The notes beneath the pieces are model-generated. The model was not told the DNA's origin. It searched no databases and saw only the letters and a program-made list of their open reading frames with translations. A stretch of 64,000 nt of DNA from Dicyema japonicum. Taxonomy: Eukaryota; Animalia; Dicyemida. Below, one piece after another: positions 26,653 through 40,636 of the stretch. The translations under genes and the position numbers were made by a program. The stretch covers positions 2,246,696 to 2,310,695 of the forward strand of contig RDEW01000001.1 in assembly GCA_011109175.1 (NCBI GenBank). Direction: 5' to 3'. Numbering within the stretch: the stretch's first letter is position 1; each line of letters begins with the position of its first letter.

Positions 26653-29600
26653 TTAATGAAAGCCATTTACAATACCATTATGATATACAGGAAATAACTG
26701 ACACAAAGCATGACCAACGGGCATTCCAACATAAATTTTAATCATTTCCTTTGAATAAACACAAATATTACATCAAACACACGTTGAGAGGACACCAACA
26801 TAGATAATATATTTCTGGCTGACTTGGATAGTCTAGCCTTACTACAACAGACAATGACATGAGGTAACATATCAGCAATAATATAAGTTGGGAGAATGCA
26901 GTCATTCAATAAAAACGCAAGTCCCTGTAATGTAAACACCCTGGCAGTGATAAATCTTGAATTTATGTTCTAAATATACCATAAATATACATTATAGAGT
27001 GTCTGTAGGAATCGTGAGTTTATAACTCCAGTAAGCTTATATTGGTGACGTAACAGAATGGGAATCATCCTAACAGCAACTAGTTTTATATTTATCTAAA
27101 TTAGCAGACAGCCAACCTCCTTATCCACATAACACGAAAACAGAGTAGAATTCATGATAGTCCTGAAGAATATGTTTAGTCTACGCATATCACGTCTTAT
27201 AAGCCAATAAAGAGCTCTTAGTCTAAACTCCTTCTGTGGAATAATACACTTATAAGTTTCCTTTATATCTAGGAATAAGACTACCACGAACATGGAATCA
27301 AATATTCCTTTACTGCCTTATGAAGCTGAACATCGTGAAAATAGGAAAATAAGAGTCCCATAAATTGAGCCGCTCTTTTTTGAATGACATGACAAGTATT
27401 AAACTCGTATATTAGCAAACTCTCTTGAATGAAAACCAAAGTATTAAATGGGAAATTAATATGTCTTTCAGCAATAGCAGTAAAAGCACTCAGAATAGAC
27501 CCCCTTCAATATTGCAAACACACAACCTGACATCAAGACTCGAAGTCTCCTCATACGACTCAACAAGACAGTTAGCCATTTCATACGCATAAGGATCGAC
27601 CTGAATAGCCTCTCGAATACATCTCACAGTCTTTGTACGAACACAAGCATTAGGGTCAAATATAGTCGTATTTAAAGTCTGTCTTATTATAGACATAAAG
27701 TAATATGGTATATCCTCCCCAATTCTCTTAATAAGGAGTCTCAATAAATCAAACAATATAAGTTTGCATCTCACAAAGGGAGTAACAGTGATACAATGAA
27801 TGATGGGTAAAAATAGATATTCTGCAGAATATAAAAGTGATTCGTCGTCTGTGTGGTTAATAATATCAATCATGATAAGACTATAAATACCAGCACATTG
27901 ACTACTGGGTGTTAGTAGAATAATTTTAAATAAGGGCATAAAACAGTGAATTCCCTATGACTAATAATAATAATAACTTTAAATGGAATACAAAACCCAG
28001 GAATTTTGTTTTTATATTGTTTCATTTTAGTACTAACAAGTAGTCTCAACAAAGGTAATGACCTGGAAATGTCCCTCACATTAATATTCTATAATAAATT
28101 AAATAATAACCAGAATGAACATTTTCATGGAACACCAAGCATAGTTGATGATCGTAATATCATAATCACACATGTATTCCAATATAATAGTAAAAACACT
28201 AATGGCCAGTCTGGGTTTGTCAAACCCTGCAGAGCAACAGAGAGATCCAACCAGACGAACATAACAAAATTTGATTTTAAAGTCGTGTGGTCGATGTGAA
28301 GACATTATAAACGAAACTACGTCAACAGAACTCTTAAAATCCTCCAATCCCCTTATCATAGCCTCATACATTTCCATTCTCTAAAATGACCCAACAACAA
28401 ACAGAATCAAAGTTGTCAGTGTTAACCAAATCTTCAACAATACTATTGAGTATTTGTCTAGAATGTACACCAAAACTAATGGGTATGTAATGAGAAAGCT
28501 CAACCAATGAATCTAGATCAACAGAATCCCCACATAACTAAATAAAATCTACAGACAAACCAAAGGTATCACAAACATAGGTATAATGTCCTTACAGAAT
28601 TTCCCAAGCTTACTAACAACATGATAAAGTCTGGGTGACTTTGAGGATATCTTTATTATATTCCAAAACTACCATAATATTCGAAAGAGAAGGAATAATC
28701 ATATTAAGTGCAATATTCCCAACAGACCCATAAAACCTAAAAAATACCATAATAGCTGCTTCATTCACGTGTTCATCACAACTTTCGAAAGCCCTCATTA
28801 GAGTATCCACAATCTCATTAGACATAGCAATAGCATGTTCAGAGGGTACAACAGAGATAATATGTTCTAATGATGCAAGAACAGCAACAGAGGAATCTTC
28901 ACAAAATCTATGACAAACAAGTCCACTAATAAAGTCGTGTTTAACTTTACTCATTTTTATACAAATGTCATCAAGTGATAGTAGTGTCGTCTATTTATTA
29001 CTAAACGACTACTTTATTATTGTGACCTTTCATAACCATAATATTTATGATTACATTGTATAGTGTTGGCATAATCTTTATAAGAATAGATGTTGTGTCT
29101 ACCACAAACACATTCCAAACTCTGTTAGCCACGTGGGCAACCTGACATGCTCCATCAAAACAATTAATATAAACTGCAGAAATTACTTTCATAAAGGAAT
29201 GAGAACCAAGAGAAGCAAGTAATAACTGTATTAATAATACCAAATACCTCACAATTATAGGAAGATGGGGTAATACAATCAAACAAGTCAGTAGTAGAAC
29301 GTGTAGAATGAGCATAACCTACAATAATTATATGAAATACCAATTAGATGACAAAATAGTCTCCCAATAATATAAAGAGACCCACATCTCACATGGACAT
29401 TATCACTAAATAAAACTTGTTCAATCTGTGGGAGAATCAAATCCAAGTGATCTGTCCCATATATAAATATAATGCAGGCTAGTACTCCAAGACTGGTATT
29501 CTTTAGCTCTGTGGAATCATTAGAGAATATCTATATAAAATACAATAATACATTAAGTAGAGAATCCAATATTGGTGGAATAAAAGGAACAAACAGATCC

Positions 29601-32600
29601 GAGAAGTGATTTATAATATGATTAACTAATAAAAGACATCCATCCTGTACAAATGGATTATCACTGTTTATTATTACTAATTTAATGTGATTTAATGTTT
29701 CTATAACTTTATGTGCTCCCAACACTTTTATAATCTCAAAATAGCCTATATTATAGTTTAGTAGTAAAACCATTGGCGGAAATGAATCTATCACTCATAC
29801 TGTCCTTATTAGTCAGCAGTTCATATAACCAATTCAGAGTATCATCAATAGCTTGAGTGTCCACTGTTTTGGCTATTGAAGAGAATGCCTTAGCGGTAAT
29901 AGCACGGACATTTCCGTCCAAACTTCTCAGAGATAACTTTAAATTGGGAAGTACTTGAGGAGTGTACCTTTTAGTGTCCTAAAATAATTAATAATATTAC
30001 TTCAGGATCAGCAATAGCGGCCAAACGAGAGAATATTAAGGAGGACATAAAAGTAGTTTTGGGATTTTGATTTCTGAATCCCTGTAGAATTACCGGCATA
30101 ATTATAGATATTGAGGCAGAGTCTATTAAATGCACGAATTTGAGATGAGATAGTGCATTTAAGGCATCATACGTAGATTCGGGATTAACTAAGGCAAGAA
30201 TGAGCACGTGGATTATCTCTAATAATAATTATTATATCAAACTCATAATTTCCTGGTTCTTAATAACAGATCCAATTCTATTTATAGCCGACGTGGCTGT
30301 CTCACGAACATGCGCGGATACGTCATTAATAGAGTCCAATAACTTGGGATCACATTTGGAAGTGCCTGTGACATTACTTGCGTGGAACTGTGGGCTATCC
30401 AACTTAGAATATCAATGGAACCTTAATAAATATTAATAACAAAACATGCACGTGTTCTCCATGAACGGTCATTAAGGGCATCCAACAACTGAGGGAGAAT
30501 TCTCTCCATTCCATCAGCAGTCAGATTAATCATGATAGTCTTGGCACAATCGTCAGCAGCCTAAAATAATAAACAAATACCACCTTTCTAACATAAATAT
30601 TCTGATCTCCAATCAAATTCAACAAAATAGGCAAGAATGCGACAATGTACGACTCAAATGGTTTTCCTATTATCCTACACAACGCCTCAAATGTAAATGC
30701 GGCATCTAATAAACACATTTTTATACTTTCTCGACAAATAAAATGCTTGTTTGAGAAATTTTCGGTCATAAACTCAAAAATGTTGTACTTTTTTAAACCA
30801 GCAATACCCAATCCACGGCAGAACCCAGCCAAACCATAAGCATACCCACGACGTTCTCCATAAACCTCAGAGTTAACTATTCCATTCTTCATTTTCAAAA
30901 CAAATGACTTTTCTTTAGACTTTATAGTTTTAGTGAATGTTGGTAAACATTTAGCTACATTTTCTTGTACCTACAATAACATATAAAACCAACCATCTGT
31001 GAAGGAGTGGAGAGTGTTTCAATAAGTTTATCCAATATTTCTAACATTTTCTTACTGTTCGAGTCAAGATAAGCAGCTAATGACCCCATAATGGTGACCA
31101 GTGCATGCCTCTTCATGTCAAATTCCACTTGATGAGGGGTCTCTCCCAGAATTCTCTCCAAGACAGGTAACAACCCTCTCACATGTTTCTAATATATTTA
31201 ACATTAATCATACTCCTCCATAAGACTGCGTTAAAGTAATTGCCACATTAAAGTAAAGACAAACCACTTCTTGGTTAGAATCATCAACAGCCAAAGAAAG
31301 AATAAATCGAAGAACATCCATAACGAGACCAGATGAATTCCCATAAAATGAAGATAATTCTGTAAACATCAAACCAGTCGCATATCTAGCCCACCAGTTG
31401 TCAACCACCACATCTACAGGGATATCTCCTCTTCTCTCAATCCACTACAAATTATACTACCTATAACAGGTAAGTGTTGACTGTAAATATCCTTCACTTT
31501 AGTAATCACATCACTTATAGATAGCCCTCTTAGTCTCCCAAATGCAAAATTAAGTCCCTTTGATCCTGCTGTCCTCAACTCAGTTTGATCGGACAAAGTC
31601 ATCTCCATAACGAAATACAAGATATCCTTAGTCATAGAAAAGTCAATATAGTAAAATAATCTAAATATACACAACAAATACTCTTCAGCAGTCGAACAAT
31701 CCTCATTGTAAGGCCAGTATATCGAAATTACAAGGATTCCACATAATCTATTGTAAATATCAAGATTTTTTTGCAAACATGACTTTACCACAGACTTCAT
31801 TTTAAGAAATGCCTACAACATAACCACACATTACCCCAAATATGATGGACTTAAACACGTGGTTATCATTTCTCAAGTAAAGGCACTCACACATAGTTTT
31901 CACCTCTTGATAGCAATCAGGTTTAAATTGACAGAGATATGAAACAACATCAAACAGCTGAATGGCCAGATCAGTCATATCACACAGTTCAGCAGCCAAA
32001 AAGTCCCCAATTTGAATCATTTCTATAATCGGGAGAAGATTACCAAGTTCCTATAATGAGAAAAACAATAAAACTGAATGATAATGTAAGCATGGTTTAA
32101 TTTTCTCTAACAAATGAATTAAATGCATAACAGGACGAGTGTAGTGAGAATGAAATGAAAGGGAATAACTCAACTCCCTGCAATAATCTGAGAAGACTAT
32201 AGCTTTGGTCAAATAGACCATAAATGATATCTGCGCACATAAAATTTCCCTTCGTTTGTCAATCCCTGATAAAATTTCAGCCTCTTCAATAATCCCAACA
32301 GTCTTGAGTATATGTTCTTCCAAATTGGGTTGATCACATTCCATTAATAATTTCAATCTGCAGTCATTAACAGTCTCAACTTTACTAAGAAATAAATCAA
32401 ACCGTCTAATAAATGTTCGAATGCGTAGTCAATCAGAGCAGCACTCAGTTTATCACCACAATTGTGGACAAGACTATCTTTCATCAAACTATCAGATAAA
32501 CAGAGAAGATGTAAGAAGTTGTGAGAATATATATAACATCCCTTCAATGTATTGAGAACATTTATAAGCCAATTTGGTTTATCAATAAGCTCAAATAGTA

Positions 32601-35141
32601 ATACATAATACTTTGTGTAGTTTCACTGACAAATCAGCCTCCTTTGTGATCTGTTCAGTTATTCTACTAAGCTGCAGTTCAGTCATGTCCACTCCCCCAT
32701 ATGTACAACATAATAATGACTAACATTTTAAACATTAGTAAACCTCATCACTTCTACTGCGTCTATCCTTTGAATTAGTCTCCTTAATCCTACCAATAAT
32801 ATTTAACATACGTTTCTAGTAGTTTTGTATCAAATAGTACCCCTCTGTCAGCATAATTCATAATATTACGGTCATGTTTACTTACTGACATTTCCAATGC
32901 AATATTACACAGTTCAACAAAACGAGAGAGAATAATATCCCCAAATTCTCTGTATATATCAGTGTAGCAACGAATGTAATGTGAAAGATTGATTGAATCA
33001 TCTCCACTACCATTTATGACAAATTCAGCATATATTGACGGTGAAACAAGTGAAAGCCGATAGTTACTACTTATATAAGTGACGTTATCTACTAATATAT
33101 ACGAACCAATACAAAGTCGAGGATGTGTTAATAACAAAGCAATTTTTGGAAGGAAAACAGTCAACCTATTACTATCCATTCCATTAAAGATAGCCCGAAT
33201 AACCAATCTGAACCTGGATGGAGTAAAGACACAATTAAAAGTAAGGTATTTCCTCTGAAAATTAATCAAAACAAACCTCATTTATGAATTGATCAACATT
33301 ATAAAAAATAAAAAGAACAAAGTCTACAATAAAGGATAACCAATCGTCACTCACACACAAAACAGTCCTGTCCCATAAAAAATACTTGTGAAAGTGGACA
33401 ATAACCAATGAATGACACAATAACATCCTGTTGTCGATTCCCAATTTTACAAAATATCTGATTATTCTATTAACCAGTATAACTCCTTCCTTGTCATACA
33501 AGCTAATAGATTTGTCCATTAATATTCCAGATTTAATCACCAAACAAATGTCTGCCTTTTCAATACCACACAGCATATCAATCAAATACAAACACCGATT
33601 AGTAAAATCCTTATTTGATGGAGTACTCATGATGTAATTGTGAACATATTCAACTACATAATCTCCAATAACAGAGTATTTGTCTTTGATTAATACACAA
33701 ATATACAGTAAAGTAAAAGAACAGCATTCGAGAACATTCTAGTGAACCCAGATACCCCCAAAGTCGACCATTCTCAATGCAATAATCCTTCAATAGTAAT
33801 ATATTATTACAATCAGAGAATACATTGATTTATCAGACTCACTTAGAGAAGTCACCCAAACATTCAACGCAGAACAAATTGCCTGTAAAATACGATTTGA
33901 ATTTGTATTCATAAATGAAAGAAGATTACTGAGTACAGTACTGCACACATTATTAGAAATGTTCATTCTACGTCCCATTGAAGTCAAACATCCAACAATA
34001 CATTCCTTTTTGGCAACATCAGCTGGATTTGTCAGTGCTTATTATGATTTACATTCATACATTTATACGTACTGCATATCCGTTCACAGACAGAAAGTAA
34101 GACATCATCATCACAGAATCTAAGAATAACCCCAAATAGTGAGGTGGCCTGTTGCCTAGACTCAGCCACTCCCGAAACAATAACCTCCAGAATACCAAAC
34201 AATAATTTACAATTACATTCAATGTGAGGAACACAATATATAATGACTAGGTAACAACAAAGATTTACCACCACTAATGACATCAAAATTTGAACTAATC
34301 ATTTTGGTAATGGCTGATGCTATCACATCCATTTCACAAACATTGAACATGTGTTTGCTGTAAGTCTGCGAATAAATCAATGGAAATACAAAAAGAAGTT
34401 CTGAAAACTTATGGGAAGGACATGTGAAGACTTTGGTTATCAAAAACTCAGAGATAAGAACCTTTTGATTAGAAAATAAACAAACATGGGATTCAGGTGG
34501 TAGGTAATTAACGGAAACGCAGCAGAATATGGAGGCGATATAAAAAACATAGTGATTGTAGTCGACACTGCAAATATGTTTCAAAATATGAAGACTGAGT
34601 ATGTTTGGAGAATCCGACTTGTATTGAATAATAAATTTACAGATTCTAGCAGTTCCATCCAAAAATTAGACAAATCAACCCTAAATCTGACTTGATACTC
34701 CTGAGAGACCATACAATGGCCAACCATTTTGGACAAAAGAGTAACCTAACGTGTTTGATAATGACTAACAATTTCTCGCCAATTCGCAGTTTCAGTCATC
34801 AGAATATATACACGTTCCTTCAAAGAAAATCCGATTACAGTCAGCATTCTGATAATCCAAATTGCATTTGTTTTGGAAGTCGTCTGTTGCCATAAGTCAA
34901 GACAGTCGAGATAAACTTGGATAATTTTAGCGAGGCCACACTCACTCTTTTGAAATAGGTAAAATAATAATAAATATTTCGTTTCATTCTTCTCTAAGTA
35001 AGAGGGTAAAGGAGATGAATAAATAATCCAAAAGTATAGTTCTTCGTATGATAATTCTATATAATAAATTCAGTTGTTACTAGAAATATGTTCAGAAAAG
35101 CCCGCCAATGATAGACTGAAGAGGTTTGAGTTCTCCATCAT
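26653..35141 (-). CDS. GCN1: eIF2-alpha kinase activator GCN1 (HEAT repeats), dozens of ~22-25 nt introns
   Basis: LIETLSTPSQ, ERRGYAYGLAGFCRGLGI, GKPFESYIV..GDQNIYVR, SWRT, KFVHLIDSASISIIMP. Span fits a ~2400-2500 aa protein; stop TAA 26653-26655; start 35141 or in-frame 35192; 1-nt frameshift near 30345. Only some introns were traced. Confidence 0.92.
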
Positions 35142-35219
35142 CAGAGACTGATAAAACAAGAATAGAAATTTAAATATTATTAAAGTTTTCATTAATAAAT
35201 TAGTTAATAATTAAATAAA

Positions 35220-36313
35220 TTAGTATGCATTAAATTCAGCCTTGAATTGCATTAGCATAGATTTAAGTGTGCTTTTTTGAGTTTCATTAAGGTCTTGCAG
35301 TGGAGTTCTGACCGGTCCTCCATATTGTCCTGCCACATCAAGTCCGTATTTGTAAGCAGACGAACATGATTTTTTAGCGATCTTGCTTATTTTAACAGCC
35401 AAACCATATCATTTAAAGGAATCAGTGCTCGTTGCAGCTTTAATGCTTCTTCAAAGTTAGACTCGTTCATAAGTTTGTACAACCTACATGTTGATACGGG
35501 GACAAGACCACTCAACGATGTTATGCAATCTCTCCCTCCTATCTTTACTACAACCAATTAACCCATAATATAGGATGAAAGCAACATTGAGGATGATCCC
35601 ACAAAAACCCTAAAGTCTAGTTTTTGCGTTCTATCCAAAATAGTTGAGATTTTGACAATCTATGGTTAACACATAGAACTACATCTCCTCCACTTTCCTT
35701 TAAACCAATAATGTTCTGATGACTAGCCAAATCAGAGACCACGTCAACACACAAATCAACTCCAGTGTATGGGGGAATGTTATATAGCAATATAGGAAGA
35801 GGTGAGGCATCGGCCACCTACATTGACCACTTAGTCTTACCTCAGTGTAAAATCTCTTAAAGGTGTCGTAATTCATCAAAGTCTTGTAATAATGGGGGGC
35901 CCTCAATAGTAAAGCATCTGCTCCTGCGTCTGCAAATTGTTTAGTCTGCTCAATTGTCATTTTTGATGCTATTTTTAGGCATTTACTAACTTTCACACCC
36001 TGCTCCAGATATTACAACTTTGTCACTCTTCAGATACTTACGAGCACTGCGGACTACCTCAATTCTCTCAGATTGTTTCAGCAGAGCGTACTCTCCATTC
36101 GATCCAATCATCGTTACTCCTTTTATTAAACCATTAATTAGTACCATTAATGCCAGTTGTGTTTAAATAAGCGATATTGTCAGCCAATTTGTCATACCAA
36201 ATATCTCCATTACTATCAAATGGTGTTGTTATAGGGGGAATGATCCCTTTAATGCTGCTTAGGCATCTTATTTGAACACCAACTTTTTGGAATTTTCCAA
36301 CTAATCCTGCCAT
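35220..36313 (-). CDS. HOGA1: 4-hydroxy-2-oxoglutarate aldolase (DHDPS-like), 7 exons, 317 aa
   Basis: [43 protein letters not shown]. Introns 36120-36144, 35969-35990, 35818-35840, 35660-35682, 35539-35562, 35382-35404 give an intact 954-nt CDS. Confidence 0.95.
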
Positions 36314-36589
36314 TAATTAATATATTTTATTGATTTTATATTTTTTGAATATAAAAAAATGGTTTTTTTAATAAAAAAATAATATAAAAATAATATTGTT
36401 TTTTTACTAATTTCAAAATTAAAATCATGCTAAATTTTGTCATTAGTTATTTAATTGTGTGATCTTATATTTTAAATTATTCAAAGTATCTACTCTAAAA
36501 CCACTACTTTAAATAAAATTTTTTTGAGTGATTTCTTAGTTACGAATTTCGTGATATGGTCTGATATAACATTTTCACGCCCATTAATT

Positions 36590-37300
36590 GTTATTTTTAT
36601 GTTTAAGGTTGATTTGCATAATTATTATATTAAATGACAAAGACTATAATTTCGATTTATTAGTTTATTACTACAATGCTTGTACTTTTACTGCCATTAC
36701 ACCTCCCTCTTGTATTATCAAGAGGACATTGAGAGTTAATACAAATCCTCATTTTCACTTTAGATCATATAATAATACTGCACTTTAGCACGATTAGCTA
36801 TAGCTCCCCCAGACAAGACACACACTTTAGTAATGAACAGTTATAACTAATCGTAGAAAGAGAATCAATGAATGCTCTTTACTTTTTTTTCTTTTTGTTG
36901 GGTGCGAGTTTTTTTGGTAGACGAGTATAAATCATATTTGTTCAAATATCCTCAGGTTTGTGTCGAATAAATCGACTGTGATCCTAATAAAGCAAACCCA
37001 CGCAACTAAAAAAAGTTATACCCTCGTCGCTTCTGAAACAACAGAAAAATCTTTAATGTTATATTTCTCCGGCTAAGGACGTCTAGGTCGTCTGAATTTT
37101 CAAGTTTCTTTTGCAGTCTAAGATCATCGTGAATTGCAATAGAGAGAACGACCGGGGTATCCATAACTGCTCTGAATTGAGATAAAGAATCTTCTGGAGT
37201 ACCCCAACATGAGTATGAATTTTTCAGACCGTTCAGGGCCAACTTGGACTCTAATATCTGTGTCTAGTAACAGGACTCTTAGTGAAATGAATTTAAAATT
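36590..37300 (+). pseudogene. Possible degenerate tweety-like relic (second copy ~47350-48050)
   Basis: ATCGACTGTGATCCTAATAAAGCAAACCCA (~36971-37000) matches the tweety-like IDCDPNKPNP exon at 29/30; no intact frame; boundaries approximate. Confidence 0.4.
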
Positions 37301-38847
37301 GATAACTACTTTAATAAAGTGAATGTTAAAATTTTATTTTTTTGACTGTTGCTAAGATATTTTACTATAAAATTAATATTTGTTCAATTCCCCTTTTTAA
37401 GGACAGTTTCTTGTCAATATAATAATTGTTCTTAATAAAATAAAGGTTATTTCAAGTAATAAAAGTAGACCAACTCCCAAAATATAGAAGATTTGTTGAT
37501 ATCGATTTGTTAGAGTTGTCGCTCGCGTCGAATTTAGCTGTAGGTTCAATTCCCACCCTTATTTATTAACCCCGGGATCACCGAGAAAGAAAGACAAAAG
37601 AAACGTCAACTAGTTAGGTGATCCCAGTTCCCGCAACCGAACGTGCCATCCAAAGTTTGTGCGTCTCCATTGTTCTCAATATCAAACGGAAATGCCTTCT
37701 TTGATCCTTGCAAAGGAAGTCGATTGGGTACGAAAATTTCTTAGTCAACCGATTTTCTTTTGCGTGGAACAGTGAGAGGCTTAATGGGTGTCCATCTTCC
37801 TCGCAAATGCGAAGAAAACCGAAACCACATCTACGAGTTGTAAATTCCGTTAGCAGGGGAGGTATTTTTGTTCCACATTGTGGTCCCAGCATACGTATTG
37901 TTTTCTTTTGCAGTAAGTTAAGTTTTTGGATAGTAGCCTCTGATAACGCGAATCTATACGCAGCAGAGGCTTTTTCCACGGCCGGCGCCATTGTCCGACG
38001 ATATATAACTCCGATTGCTTCATTTATATGCACTGGGGTCTTCTGGATAAGAGCCCGTGTACAGCCATTTCTGTAGTCCATTGATGAGAACTTGTTGTCA
38101 TGGTAGGTAAAATTAAGCAGCCTGTCGTAAGTCACTCCAGGATTGAGGGGTTTCTTGTGACAGGTATCCGAGTATTTCATGATGAAGATTTCTGGTCCTT
38201 CTTTGGACCGACGGTCGGAGGTGAATAGAGTGCATGTTGACTTTGGAGCCGATACCAATAGACGGTTAGCTATCAACCAATCGTGGATACAATCCACTTT
38301 CTTCTGTGCGAGTGAGACTGCTTCTGATGTCTAACTGCTTTTTGCTGCAATGATGATATCATCAGCATAAGAAAGCAGTAGGAAGTCAATGTCTGCTGGC
38401 AGGTCGTGAAGAAAAGGTTAAATAGAGTGGGGGACAAAGGCTAACCTCGGGGCATTCCGTTTGGTAGTAAACGTAATCTGAGATGGCCACAGATGACTCT
38501 CCCACGTCTTCCAGATGAAAAATTGACCAACCATACCTCAAGTTAGGGAGAATTTTTGAATCAAAGATTTTTCCAATGAAATGTTTCCTCGGTACCGAGT
38601 CAAACGCCTTGTTGATGTCAATCGAGACCATTGTTGTCAGCATGTGTTTTGGGGGTAGTGTTGAAACCATCCGCAATGAACTACGAAAGCGTTGATAAGA
38701 AAGTCATGGTTGATCTTCCAGAACGGAATCCGTGTTGAAATCCGGTTGAGTTATGGAAGGAGTAATTTCAAATAGGATCAACTTTTCTAACACTTTTGAT
38801 ATAGTAGAGGTTAATGAGATTGGTCTGTATGAACTGGGATCTCCATT

Positions 38848-39150
38848 TTATTATTTATTTATTAACCCCGGATACACCGAGAAAGAAGTTAAAGTAAAGA
38901 AGTAAACCAATTAAGTGTATCCAGTTTCCACTTCTACAGAAACATAGTCCATCCGGAATCAACATGAAGGGTAAAAGACGTCCATAATTGCAGTTGTGGA
39001 AACCTCTCCAGTGGAGTGGGGGAGAGCAAATGAGCCACCTAGACAGGTGGATCACATGACGCCACTTTAATAGGAAGAGTGAGGTGGAACAGACGATCAA
39101 ACAGAAACTTCAACCAATTAGCCACGAAGCACCATATGGCGTCATGCGGC
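38848..39150 (-). mobile_element. 5'-truncated related LINE nested in the RT of the host LINE (copy ~49597-49930)
   Basis: Splits KPKG|DPSSYRP; has its own GTGTATCCGGGGTTAATAAAT terminus. Confidence 0.75.
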
Positions 39151-40609
39151 TTAAAATTTTCCTTTTGGTTTTCCGGCCTTATGAATTAGAGTGATGAGTA
39201 AATTCTTTCATATTTGGGGGATAATGTTTCAGTTAACGGACAGGTTAAAAATTTCCGTTAGGTAGTTAATTGCGTATTTGCTTAGGTGTTTCAAGTGAAT
39301 TGAAAGTTCTTTAATCCGGCGATAACTTCTGAGATCTGCTTGTCTGAAAATAGTTTTTTGTAAGGTTCATTTTTTCGGTTTACGGGCACGTACTTTGATA
39401 TTCATTTGTTTATAGAATTTCTTGAAGTTGATCGCATCGTAATGTTTCATAAGCGGATTAGGGTGTATACGACAAATTTGTTCTGGAGAAGGGTTACAGG
39501 TTCCATTCGCATTTTCCAACTCTGATTTAATTTGTTTTAGTGTTTTCCAAAATTGATGACATAAACTTTTTTCGTTAAGGCAATTGACCACGTGACGCCA
39601 CTTCTGATCCTGATGGTCTTTATACTCTGGTTGATACTTTTATTTAGTTGTCTGATGGATTTCAACGCTGTCGGATGGCATCTTTTCATTTGGTTTCCTT
39701 CGTTTTATGAGTGTAAGTGTCCGGGAATTGAAAGTATAAAATTCGTGCATGATGATAGAGGGATAAATATGTTTCAGCCTTTTGAATTACCATACTGATG
39801 ATTTTTGCAGCTTCATCTATCGAACGTATATGGGATGATAGTTTTTTGACCAATTCCAGGTCTACAAAGTCAGAGAAGCCAAACCAGTCAACCTTCTTAT
39901 AATTCTTTAAACTTTTCACTTCGGTCAGCAATGTTCGGCGTCTCCGAAATCCTCTTAACGTAAGAAGGATGGGATTATGGTCGCTGGAGAAACCATAGTT
40001 CACATTCCATGTTGTGATTCCTCCTAAAGAGGGTGAAAATAAGGTTAAATCAGGAGAGGTGCAGCTATCAGTGCTCCTTAAAGTGGTTCTTGTGTGTAAT
40101 TTAGGATCATTCAGGATAAACATGTCAATAAGACCGTTTTCGATGAACTCGCCTCGACTGTCAGAGGACTGTGAAGCAAGCCAAACAGGGTGTCGGGCAT
40201 TTAGGTTGCCGCATATTAGAGCGTTCTTTACTACTGGGATGTAGGATTTTGGGCAGGATCCTTGTAGTGTAGGTTAATCAAGTTGATCCAAAAAGATGGG
40301 TACAGCTCCATTTTGATGGTGATCTGCTCTATGGTATCGTTTGAGTCCAAAAGTTCTGAGGTCCGTCGACTCGCGTCAATGAAAGGTGTACCGTTCTTTA
40401 TAATTCTGAGTAGTTCTCCACCTGGTCTTCTCTGACGATCCCTACGGATTACTGTGTATCCCGGAAGAGAGGGTGTTGGCGTGGAAGATGAGAGCTTAGA
40501 TTCCTGGATGATAGCAAGGTCAGCTCGATTTGCAAAGAGGAGAGCTTGAAATTTCAGAATCTTTTTTAATTCCATTTGTATTTAGTTGTAGAATTATTAA
40601 GTCTCCACG

Positions 40610-40636
40610 TGGACCAGGGTTTGTTTCAATGTCGCC
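40610..40636 (-). other. 2A-like StopGo motif GDIETNPGP
   Basis: GGC GAC ATT GAA ACA AAC CCT GGT CCA directly before the APE start (RGDLIILQLNTNGI). Confidence 0.85.

Noticed and set aside
26653-36313. Stop-codon reassignment explaining the fragmented ORFs
   Set aside because: In the regions traced, stops fall inside short GT-AG introns; HOGA1 splices to a clean standard-code CDS.
35220-36313. Bacterial dapA/DHDPS horizontal transfer
   Set aside because: GSNGE motif, N-terminal extension and six spliceosomal introns fit animal HOGA1.
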